Below the pieces are notes generated by a model. The model had not been told where the DNA came from. It was given only the letters and a program-made list of their open reading frames with translations, and did not search any database. Source: Bacteroidota bacterium (lineage in GTDB: Bacteria > Bacteroidota > Ignavibacteria > UBA10030 > SZUA-254). Taken from it: 64,000 bases of DNA. Both the position numbers and the translations under genes were made by a program. Position 1 is the first letter of the stretch. Every line of letters begins with the position of its first letter. The DNA is taken from the NCBI GenBank assembly GCA_033854175.1, contig JAWOKN010000096.1, forward strand, positions 467-64,466. Reading direction: 5' to 3'. Below, piece after piece: positions 31,544-40,075 of the stretch.

Positions 31544-32620
31544 TTAAGCCGTTTTTTGCGGCTCATCGGAAAAACTTCGTACTCCTTGCTCCAATTCGAG
31601 AAGCATTTTCTTTCTCCATACACCGCCACCATAGCCACCAAGGTTTCCGTCTTTGTTAATGACGCGATGGCAGGGGATTACGATCGCGATTCTGTTCATG
31701 CCATTGGCGGTTCCCACCGCGCGGCTGGCTCCGGGTAATCGAATCCGTCTCGCAATTTCGTCATAAGAGACAGTCGTACCATAAGGAATGCGCAGCAATT
31801 CACTCCAAACCATACGCTGAAATGGTGTTCCCGGATAATGAATGTTGACGGAAAAATTTTTAAGCTCGTTTTTAAAATAGCCTTCGAGTTCATGGCGAAG
31901 CTGTTCAATGTGGTTGTTCGATCCCGGAACAATCGCGCACTTAAAATGGCGTCGGAGGGACGAAAACTGGCCTTCGATTCTGCGCAGGTCGGAAAACTCA
32001 AGAAGGCATATACCCTCCGAAGTTGCACAAGTAAGAAGAGGTCCGATGGGACTTTCAATCCAGGAACTCACGATACAATCACACGAACGGCTCCTTCCTG
32101 GGGACAGGCCAAAGGTTTTCACAAATGCCTCTCTGAATCCGCTATGGGAATTATACCCAAAACCCAGCGCTACATCGTCAAGATCGGTTCCCCGTCGAAT
32201 TTGTTCGAGGGATTGCCCGAGTCTTCGTTCTCGGCAGTAGGCCTGAAACGTTATGCCGTAATATTTCCGGAAATAGCGACGAGCACGTGAAGGCTCGATA
32301 CCGAACGAACGCAGCTGTGCGTCCGAATATTTCGCGGTTGAATTTCGTTCGATCAGGGCGAGCAGCCGTGCGACCCACCCTGGTGGTTTATCGTTCCCAT
32401 CCACTGGGTGGCAGCGGAGACATGGGCGGTATCCAGCAGTTATCGCTTCGCGGGCGGTTGGGAAATACTCCACATTCTCCGGTAGCGGATTGCGGGCGGC
32501 ACAGGAGGGTTTGCAAAAAATCCCGGTCGAACGCACGGCGAAAAAAAACACGCCGTCATATGATTTATCCTTGGCGCGGTACGCTTTTTCCATTTCTGTG
32601 GCTGGGGGTAATGTCAGCAT
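31544..32620 (-). CDS. ada: Bifunctional Ada-type protein: N-terminal Zn methylphosphotriester repair domain, AraC-type HTH domain and C-terminal O6-methylguanine-DNA methyltransferase.
   Basis: N-terminal Cys cluster (FCKPSCAARN ... CLRCHP), AraC HTH region, and the C-terminal IPCHRV active-site motif of MGMT. Confidence 0.88.
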   Translation of the reverse strand: MLTLPPATEMEKAYRAKDKSYDGVFFFAVRSTGIFCKPSCAARNPLPENVEYFPTAREAITAGYRPCLRCHPVDGNDKPPGWVARLLALIERNSTAKYSDAQLRSFGIEPSRARRYFRKYYGITFQAYCRERRLGQSLEQIRRGTDLDDVALGFGYNSHSGFREAFVKTFGLSPGRSRSCDCIVSSWIESPIGPLLTCATSEGICLLEFSDLRRIEGQFSSLRRHFKCAIVPGSNNHIEQLRHELEGYFKNELKNFSVNIHYPGTPFQRMVWSELLRIPYGTTVSYDEIARRIRLPGASRAVGTANGMNRIAIVIPCHRVINKDGNLGGYGGGVWRKKMLLELEQGVRSFSDEPQKTA

Positions 32621-32808
32621 AATTTCTTTCGTGGTAAATATTTAATGATCGACGGATGAGTATATGATACGGTTTCGGCGCTGGAAAATCCACCGGAAAT
32701 TGAACATCAATTTTTTTTGACCGGGCGATCCGAGAAGTGTTTGAACGGGTAAAATCGGGTGGTGCCGGGAAGTGGATTCCATAGTTATCCCCCCCAGGCT
32801 TGATTTCT

Positions 32809-34662
32809 TTAATCCATCTCTAGCTCCTCAGCTTTTTTCTTTGACATTCTTAAACGTTCATTATGGTCGAGATACCGCTTACGAAGGCGCAACGTCTTTG
32901 GTGTGACCTCGATATACTCATCGTCGGCTATCCATTCAATTGCCTGTTCAAGTGTGAGCAATTTGGGGGGTTCGAGGCGAATGGCCTCATCGGCGCCACT
33001 GGCACGCATATTGGTCAATTGTTTTGTTTTGCAGACATTCACAATGATATCTTCATCGCGAGCATTCTCGCCTACGACCATTCCCTTATAGACGCGCATC
33101 CCGGGTTCGATGAAAAACGTCATACGCTCCTGCAATTTCCACATAGCATAAGCAGTCGCCATGCCATCCTCAAGCTGGATTATCGCACCCTTGTTCCGGG
33201 TGGAGAGATCGCCCTTATACGGTTCATAGCCAGAAAAATTATGGTGAAGAATACCGGTCCCTTTTGTTTCGGTCATGAATTCAGACCGGAATCCCAGTAA
33301 TCCCCGCGCCGGAACCGAGAATTCCAGCCTGGTATTCCCTTGGGACTGGATCATGTTTTTCATGATTCCTTTCCTGGCACCGAGATTCTGAATAACGGCC
33401 CCGACGAACTGGTCCGGAACATCGACAATAACATGTTCCATCGGCTCTGAGAGAACATCATCTATGCGTTTAAAAATGACTTCAGGGGCCGAAACTTGAA
33501 ACTCAAATCCCTCCCGCCGCATTGTTTCTATCAGGATACCAAGATGAAGTTCTCCGCGGCCGCTCACTTTAAAGACGTCGGGGCTGTCGGTCAGCTCAAC
33601 GCGCAAGCTGACATTCGAGCGGAGTTCCCTTGCCAAGCGTTCACCGAGATTTCGTGTCGTGACGTATTTCCCTTCCTGGCCAGCGAACGGTGAATTGTTG
33701 ACGACAAAATTCATTGACATGGTTGGCTCTTCGATCGTGACAAACCGCAAGGGGGTAGGATCGGCTGCATCGGCGATCGTTTCCCCTATGTCTACATCCT
33801 CCATGCCCGCCAAGGCGATGACATCGCCCACACTTGCAACCTCAACTTCCAGTCGTTTTAATCCTTCAAACGTATAAATCTTCGTTACCCGAGCATCATC
33901 AACGGTCCTGTCACGGTGAACGATCTTCATCGGCGCTCCGAGATGGATTGTACCGCGGTCTATTCTCCCGATGCCTAGGCGGCCCAGATAATCGTTGTAA
34001 TCAATTGTGGTGACAAGCATTTTAAAGGGTGCGTCAGGGTCGCCCTCCGGGGGAGGGATTTTATGAATAATTGTCTGAAAGAGCGGTTGAAGGTCTTCTC
34101 CTTCGTCGTTCAGTTCTTTTTTCGCAATGCCTTGTTTGGCGATACAATAGACTGTCGGAAAGTCCAATTGATGATCACTGGCGCCGAGTGAGAGAAAAAG
34201 TTCAAATACTTCATCCAGGACGGCATGTGCGCGGGCGTCTTTTCGGTCGATTTTGTTAATGACGACGATGGGCTGGAGGTTCAGCTCCAGAGATTTTTTT
34301 AGAACAAATTTTGTTCCCGGGAGAGGCCCTTCTGCGGCATCGACGAGAAGTAAAACACCCTCGACCATCTTTAGCGTGCGCTCGACCTCGCCCGCGAAAT
34401 CGGAATGGCCCGGTGTATCGACAATATTGATTTTATATTTACTACGGGTTGAGGGATCAGTGTAAAAAACGGCGGTGTTTTTCGCAAGGATGGTTATACC
34501 CCGTTCCCGCTCAAGTTCATTGGAATCCATCACACGCTTCACAATTTCCTGATTTTCTCGAAATGTTCCTGTCTGGCGGAGCATATGGTCCACCAAAGTC
34601 GTTTTTCCATGGTCGACATGGGCGATAATAGCAATATTTCGAATATCTTTCCGATCCTGCAT
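32809..34662 (-). CDS. typA: Translational GTPase TypA/BipA.
   Basis: G-domain AHVDHGKTTL and DTPGH motifs, with EF-G-like domains. 617 aa. Confidence 0.95.
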   Translation of the reverse strand: MQDRKDIRNIAIIAHVDHGKTTLVDHMLRQTGTFRENQEIVKRVMDSNELERERGITILAKNTAVFYTDPSTRSKYKINIVDTPGHSDFAGEVERTLKMVEGVLLLVDAAEGPLPGTKFVLKKSLELNLQPIVVINKIDRKDARAHAVLDEVFELFLSLGASDHQLDFPTVYCIAKQGIAKKELNDEGEDLQPLFQTIIHKIPPPEGDPDAPFKMLVTTIDYNDYLGRLGIGRIDRGTIHLGAPMKIVHRDRTVDDARVTKIYTFEGLKRLEVEVASVGDVIALAGMEDVDIGETIADAADPTPLRFVTIEEPTMSMNFVVNNSPFAGQEGKYVTTRNLGERLARELRSNVSLRVELTDSPDVFKVSGRGELHLGILIETMRREGFEFQVSAPEVIFKRIDDVLSEPMEHVIVDVPDQFVGAVIQNLGARKGIMKNMIQSQGNTRLEFSVPARGLLGFRSEFMTETKGTGILHHNFSGYEPYKGDLSTRNKGAIIQLEDGMATAYAMWKLQERMTFFIEPGMRVYKGMVVGENARDEDIIVNVCKTKQLTNMRASGADEAIRLEPPKLLTLEQAIEWIADDEYIEVTPKTLRLRKRYLDHNERLRMSKKKAEELEMD

Positions 34663-34821
34663 AAACAGCCCTTTAAGAATAAAAATGCCTCAGATTGTAC
34701 ATTCTCAACCCGAGGCGTCTGGTGACAGACTTTTGACTATTTGTCAAGTGTTCAGTAAATATATCAAAAATTTTTGAGAAAATGAAACCGAGTTAATGTC
34801 AATAGCTGTGTAAACTTTTTT

Positions 34822-35289
34822 TCAAGCGGCTTTCCTTCTCTTGAGGTTTATGAACCTGAGTTCATCGATCGTGTTTGCAACAATGGTATACGCACGGATT
34901 CTACGAAGGCGTTGTTCGCTGTGTTTCAGAAGCTGGAAGATCAGGCAGAGCGCTCCAGTTCGAGTTCGCATGCGCCTGGCCGCAGCCGTGCGCAGCCTGG
35001 CCGTGGCAAAGAGTGATTCAATCGGGTTGGTGGTCATCTGATGTACCCAATGACGCTGCGGAAAATGAAAATACGTAAACAGAGCCTCACCGGCTTCCAG
35101 AGCCCGTTGGAGCCCTGATTGCACATGAGCCCGAGCCAGGTCATCAACGTAGGAGGGGCAATCGGCCGCAGTGGGTTCAACAACCTCAAACAATTTTCGC
35201 TTTTTTCTTGAAGGTGATGCTTTTTTCTGATATTTTGTCATTGGCGTATCTCCTTCTTGGGTTTTGTAAGGGTTATTTAGGCACCCCAA
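34822..35289 (-). pseudogene. IS256-family (Mutator-type) transposase remnant, C-terminal about 140 aa only.
   Basis: TTNPIESLFATARLRT...RRMRTRTGALCLIFQLL matches the conserved C-terminal TTNxIES / RxxxRxF region of IS256 transposases. The N-terminal ~250 aa, including the DDE core, are absent. Confidence 0.6.
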
Positions 35290-35329
35290 GATACGGATGC
35301 GCCGCTTTATTTTCTACCCGATCTCAACC

Positions 35330-36719
35330 GAAGGCGTATCATTAACGGTTGCTCAAACATGACGTTTTAAGGCAATTCTGAGCCAGTCACTTTTGCCGAT
35401 CTCGGCTCCAGCTAACTCAATTCGACTAAATCCATTTCTTAGCCTCCTACGACCTCGACAGTCCGTATATGGCTTCATCCGGAGGTATGCTATGAGCAGG
35501 TTGATGTACGCTTCTGCATTGTGGATATTACCGAAGCTGCCGATTGTCTTGAGTCTCTGCTCGAGTTGACGCATGACGCTCTCGGCATCGTTGTTCGTCC
35601 GTGGCATCCCAGGATGGCGAAAGTGCACCGTCAGTCCTTGCCATTTACGTCCGATGACTTCAGTCATGATCCGGTGAGCCTGATGCTGTCTGTCTGGATG
35701 ACGATGAAACACCGCCCACCGTGCCAATGCAGTCTCGTAGGTCCGGCTCGTCAGGATCCGCCGTACCGATCTACGGAGTCGTTCAATTGGCTTCAGGCCC
35801 AGCTTCAACTCCTTGATCCTCTTGATTCCTCGGGTCAGTTCGTTCATCCGTTGTTCATATGAACCTTCCCGTGTCCGATCGGGAAGCGATCTAACAACTT
35901 CACGCATTCGATGTTTCCACCGCTCCAAATCCCGTTGCCGCACCGTATACCCAATGCGTCGATCTAGACCGTCCAGAACGTGTTTTATGCAAATCTGATG
36001 TGGTTTCCCAGGGTAGATGTGACTGTACCCCAATCCTATTACCGATTCCTCGTCACTGGTCATTCCTTTCATCGGGTAGGCCAATTTGTCCCGGAACACC
36101 TCAAAGTATTCCACCATTCCCCCTACTGTTGGCTCAGGCATCACCTCCACGTGTGGTATGTCTCCTCCTCGATCAACACCCACATACCAAACTACATTCT
36201 TCCCATGAACGCTGATATGCTTGTCGTCCGTTATCAGCCATCCACGCCAGTACAGATCCAGTTCCTTGCTCAGCTCAGCCGGTGTTTTACATTGTTCTGC
36301 CACCTGCAGCACCAACCGTTGAACCGTCATCGCACCAAGCTTCACCCCGTACTTCTCTCGACACCGTTTTGCCAGTACCCGACAACTGCCCCGTTCTTCT
36401 ACGTGCCTCCTGGCCAGTTCCACGGCAAACTGCCAACTATACCGCCTCCGCTTTTGCCTTTGCAGCGTGAACGCCTTCCCACATTCCTCACAACGATACC
36501 GCTGGATCCGTCTCCTGGTATGACCGTGTTCATCCACCGGATGAATGGTCCGTGTCCCATTCCGCTTTGTCCCTGAACTTCCGCAATGCGGACACTTTCG
36601 ATGCTGCTTTTTTTAGTCTCCATGCACCCAATGTAGTTTGCGCACAATTCATTTTCACCACAACCTCTTGTCACAAGAGACTTTACATCAAAAACAGCAA
36701 CCGTTAATGATACGCTACC
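35330..36719. mobile_element. Intact insertion sequence, IS1/IS1595-like, about 1.39 kb, with 20-bp perfect terminal inverted repeats flanked by a 9-bp direct repeat.
   Basis: Inverted repeat GCGTATCATTAACGGTTGCT at 35334-35353, with its reverse complement at 36696-36715. Direct repeat ATCTCAACC at 35321-35329 and 36720-36728. Single transposase ORF inside. Confidence 0.8.
35353..36537 (-). CDS. DDE transposase with an N-terminal zinc-finger (IS1/IS1595-like).
   Basis: N-terminal QRYRCEECGKAF zinc finger resembling IS1 InsA/IS1595. C-terminal TNNDAESVMRQLEQRLKTIGSFGNIHNAEAYINLLIAY resembles the IS1 InsB terminal T-N-x-IE-R...SFSKS region. Arg-rich. Confidence 0.75.
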   Translation of the reverse strand: MDEHGHTRRRIQRYRCEECGKAFTLQRQKRRRYSWQFAVELARRHVEERGSCRVLAKRCREKYGVKLGAMTVQRLVLQVAEQCKTPAELSKELDLYWRGWLITDDKHISVHGKNVVWYVGVDRGGDIPHVEVMPEPTVGGMVEYFEVFRDKLAYPMKGMTSDEESVIGLGYSHIYPGKPHQICIKHVLDGLDRRIGYTVRQRDLERWKHRMREVVRSLPDRTREGSYEQRMNELTRGIKRIKELKLGLKPIERLRRSVRRILTSRTYETALARWAVFHRHPDRQHQAHRIMTEVIGRKWQGLTVHFRHPGMPRTNNDAESVMRQLEQRLKTIGSFGNIHNAEAYINLLIAYLRMKPYTDCRGRRRLRNGFSRIELAGAEIGKSDWLRIALKRHV

Positions 36720-36940
36720 ATCTCAACCAGATCAGTGTTTACACAGGTTTTCAATATAAATCATGAAACCCGTTCTATCTTTTACTTATGGTATAATCGC
36801 TTTAGTGGTGATGTTGAAAATCGACAATTGTAATATTCCAGCCACCGCAGGCCGTTCAGAAAGCTGATCGTTGGAAGCTAAACCTTTCATATCGTGCGGT
36901 GTCAAACTACCGAATACTGATCTACTTAAGGAGAGCGTAC

Positions 36941-37465
36941 ATGAAAAAAATAATTCTTTTCATTTTGTTAGCGACTGGCATAGCGGTTGCGCAGCCACAG
37001 TCCTTGGACAAGGACGGCCGCTTGTTGCGTTCTGATCGTCAGGGAAAAATATTTAAGCGACTCGACTTAAAGCCGGAACAGATGGCAAAAGTCAAAACTC
37101 TTCGTTCACAGTTGCAGAAAGATCAGATTGGTGTTCGCGCTAAAATTCAGACAGCGCGGATTGAACTTCGTGACCAATTTGATAAGGATAAGCCAGACCG
37201 TGCCATGATAGAGTCAAAACTGAATGAAATCAGCAAACTGCAGAATGAATTGAAGTTGAAAACAGCCGGATTCTGGTTCGACGTCAATGCTCTCCTCACT
37301 CCAGATCAGCAAAAAATCTGGAAGAGGGTACCTGCATTTGCTCTCGGGCAGGAACAACCTGCCCATCGTGGGATCTGGCAGCATCTGAAAAGGCTCTGGG
37401 GCAGACGAAATTGGTCCGACCGGCGTGAGGGTCAGGATTCTACGCGGTCTGAGGACAACGAATAA
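36941..37465 (+). CDS. Spy/CpxP-family periplasmic protein (LTxxQ motifs).
   Basis: Signal peptide MKKIILFILLATGIAVAQ. Motifs LKPEQ and LTPDQQ. Helical, charged, about 175 aa. AAGGAG ribosome-binding site 6 nt upstream of the chosen ATG. Confidence 0.75.
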   Translation: MKKIILFILLATGIAVAQPQSLDKDGRLLRSDRQGKIFKRLDLKPEQMAKVKTLRSQLQKDQIGVRAKIQTARIELRDQFDKDKPDRAMIESKLNEISKLQNELKLKTAGFWFDVNALLTPDQQKIWKRVPAFALGQEQPAHRGIWQHLKRLWGRRNWSDRREGQDSTRSEDNE

Positions 37466-37474
37466 GACTGGGGT

Positions 37475-37900
37475 CTAGGTCGCCGTGTGACTGCAGAACT
37501 TCTGAAATGCATTGATCAGCAAACCCGCGACTTCTTGTGGTCTACGAATTTCAATATCTGATCGGTGTATCATAAAGACAAGACGGCCATCAAGTAGAAG
37601 CCCGAACGATGGTGATGATGGTGGCATGCTCGTGAAATATGAGCGTGCCCGATTGGTGGCATCCCGGTCACCACTTGCGAACACCGTTGCGATGATATCA
37701 GGTTTTACAGGAGAATGCATTGCCAGACCGAGGGCAGGGCGTGCGATGCCGCCGGCGCATCCACAGACGGAATTGACGAACACAAGAGCCGTTCCCCTGT
37801 GATGGGCAAGAAGAGCGTCCACATCTTCTGCGGTCCGTAATTCTTTGACTCCGAGACGGGTAACCTCGGTGATGCATTGTTGCTGTAATATATCGTGCAT
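37475..37900 (-). CDS. Bacilliredoxin-like protein (DUF1094/YphP family, CGC redox motif).
   Basis: VFVNSVCGCAGG is the hallmark CGC motif of the BrxA/BrxB (YphP/YqiW) family, in a thioredoxin-like 141-aa protein. Confidence 0.7.
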   Translation of the reverse strand: MHDILQQQCITEVTRLGVKELRTAEDVDALLAHHRGTALVFVNSVCGCAGGIARPALGLAMHSPVKPDIIATVFASGDRDATNRARSYFTSMPPSSPSFGLLLDGRLVFMIHRSDIEIRRPQEVAGLLINAFQKFCSHTAT

Positions 37901-38270
37901 ACATATCTCCGTTGAATGAAGAACAAGATGAATTTGATAAGAATAATATAAGGAATTTTCTTCAAAATGGCTCTTTTAGGGGAGGGAATACAGATTTAAA
38001 CGTTTTCCTTCTGAAAACATCTAACATGAGAATCGCCATGGTGAATATCGCTGCCATGGGGACCGATGTGATAGATCAATGGTGCGGTGGATGTGCGTTT
38101 TGAATGAGACGTTGTCCCAGAGAAGCAGTCTTCCGCACCATTACCATTAGTAGGAGGATCAGAGAAATTCTTACCAATATCGTTCATCAGGCCAGGTAAC
38201 ATCCTCCCCTTGGGGGGAGCGCCTGGATACGGCCTGTTGTGAATTTCATGACGCAAAATTTGATTTCTTC

Positions 38271-38299
38271 TTGACATTGATGATGGAGATTTTTATCTT
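38271..38299 (+). promoter_or_regulatory. Sigma-70-like promoter upstream of the first TetR gene.
   Basis: TTGACA at 38271-38276, a 17-bp spacer, then TATCTT at 38294-38299, 18 bp upstream of the start codon. Confidence 0.4.
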
Positions 38300-38316
38300 T
38301 AGACTAATAAGGTCAA

Positions 38317-38970
38317 ATGGTCGAAAAACACACTTCATCTGTTATTGTACACCGTAACGGTCAGGCTAAGCGTGCGCAGATTATCGAGGCTGCGCATCGT
38401 CATTTCAGTTATTATGGTTTTTCCAAGGTGACCATGAACGAAATCGCCGCGGAACTTGGCATGGGAAAGGCATCGCTCTATTATTATTTCCTTACAAAGG
38501 AGGATTTATTTCAGGCGGTGCTTGCGGAAAAACATAAGGAATTTCTCATGGTAGTTGAGTGCCGTTTGGGCTCGTTAAGGACATCGACCGAGAAGGCTCG
38601 GACCTTTGTTGCTATGCGGATGGATTTTTTCAGCGAGATCCTGAACCTGAACATCGTCGATTTTCAGCACTGGCAATCGATACGACCCCAGCTCCAGGCG
38701 GCATTCAAAACCTTCACCCAGCATGAACAACAGATCCTACGTCGCATTATCCATGAAGGATCCGATGGCGGGGAGTTTGATATCGAGTCCGTAGAAAAAT
38801 GTACCAACGCGCTTTTCCAGATCATGCGTGGTATGCGCTGCCAATTCATTCGAACAATCGAGGGACCGCAATTTCAAAAAAGTGACTTCCAGGTGCTTAA
38901 GCGTGAGACATTATTTATTATAGATCTTTTTTTAAGGGGAATGTCAAGACACGGCGGAAGAATGAAATAG
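38317..38970 (+). CDS. TetR/AcrR family transcriptional regulator.
   Basis: N-terminal TetR HTH (FSKVTMNEIAAELGMGKASLYYYF). Located directly upstream of an RND efflux operon. Confidence 0.88.
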   Translation: MVEKHTSSVIVHRNGQAKRAQIIEAAHRHFSYYGFSKVTMNEIAAELGMGKASLYYYFLTKEDLFQAVLAEKHKEFLMVVECRLGSLRTSTEKARTFVAMRMDFFSEILNLNIVDFQHWQSIRPQLQAAFKTFTQHEQQILRRIIHEGSDGGEFDIESVEKCTNALFQIMRGMRCQFIRTIEGPQFQKSDFQVLKRETLFIIDLFLRGMSRHGGRMK

Positions 38971-39012
38971 TGAAAGGGAGTATCTCCCAAACTTTACTCG
39001 AATGACGTCTAC

Positions 39013-40062
39013 ATGAAAATTTCAAAAATACAGATATTTATCGGTATTGTGCTCATACTGATAATTGCGGCCGTATTCAGATTTGTCAAGAATGGCTCCG
39101 CAACCGACCCGCGGAAATTACCGGCGCCTCTTGTCAAAGTCGAGCTGCCACACGTTGAAACGGTTGTCGACCAGCTGACGTTTACAGGCGATATCCTCCC
39201 AATTCAACAGGCGAATATTTACTCAAAGGTTAGCGGCAACCTTGAAAAGCTTTATGTCGATATTGGCATGTATGTCAAGGCGAATCAGCAACTTGCATTG
39301 ATCGATACGACGGAGTTATTTCAGCAATATCAGCAGGCAGCGGCAACATATGAAAATGCACGCTTAACCTATGAAAGGAACAAGGAGCTCTTCGGGCAGA
39401 ACCTGATCGCCCGGCAGGATCTCGATAACGCCGAGGCGGCGATGAAAGTCGCGAAGGGTGCGTACGACAATACAGTCACCAGGCTTGGATATGCATATAT
39501 CCAAGCACCGTTTGCCGGGTTTATCACAAAACGGTTTTTCGACCAGGGGGCAAATGTTACATCGAACAACACCTCGTTGTTTGTTCTCATGGATATGGAG
39601 TCAATGAAGATAACGATCGATGTCCTGGAGAAAGACATCCCGTTGGTTACGGTGGGGAAGAAGGCATACATCCGCGTTGATGCGTTCCCCGACAGGGTAT
39701 TCGGGGGAACTGTCACGCGGTTGAGCCAGGCCGTGGATCTCGCGACCAGGACAATGGAGGTCGAAATAGATATTCCTAACAAAGATCATCTTTTGAGGCC
39801 GGGAATGTTTGCACATGTGTCGCTTGTTGTTCGGGAATTGCCCAATAGCCTCACCCTTCCCTCAATGGCGCTTGGGAACGATAATCAAGGTACATACATC
39901 TTCATTATTGACGGCTCGGTCGCTCACAGGAAAAGTGTTGCCACAGGAATAGAACAAAACGGGCGAACACAAATACTCTCGGGTCTTTCAGCGACAGACA
40001 AGGTCGTCACCGTCGGTCAGCAGTTTGTAAAAGACGGCGCTCCTGTGACCATTCAACAATAA
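39013..40062 (+). CDS. Efflux RND transporter periplasmic adaptor subunit.
   Basis: N-terminal TM, with biotinyl/lipoyl-like, coiled-coil and beta-barrel MFP domains. Confidence 0.88.
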   Translation: MKISKIQIFIGIVLILIIAAVFRFVKNGSATDPRKLPAPLVKVELPHVETVVDQLTFTGDILPIQQANIYSKVSGNLEKLYVDIGMYVKANQQLALIDTTELFQQYQQAAATYENARLTYERNKELFGQNLIARQDLDNAEAAMKVAKGAYDNTVTRLGYAYIQAPFAGFITKRFFDQGANVTSNNTSLFVLMDMESMKITIDVLEKDIPLVTVGKKAYIRVDAFPDRVFGGTVTRLSQAVDLATRTMEVEIDIPNKDHLLRPGMFAHVSLVVRELPNSLTLPSMALGNDNQGTYIFIIDGSVAHRKSVATGIEQNGRTQILSGLSATDKVVTVGQQFVKDGAPVTIQQ

Positions 40063-40075
40063 TATCTGATCATTT

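Noticed and set aside
34822-36719. The idea that the IS1-like element inserted into, and thereby truncated, the IS256-like transposase gene.
   Set aside because: The target duplication lies about 40 bp upstream of the fragment ORF. After conceptually removing the IS, only about 200 bp of flank remains, which is far too little to encode the missing ~250 N-terminal residues. The remnant was truncated by a separate deletion.
37996-38277. 93-aa minus-strand ORF in the 415-bp gap upstream of the first TetR gene.
   Set aside because: It has no recognisable motifs and no ribosome-binding site, and it overlaps the predicted TetR promoter. It is more likely non-coding promoter or 5'-UTR DNA.
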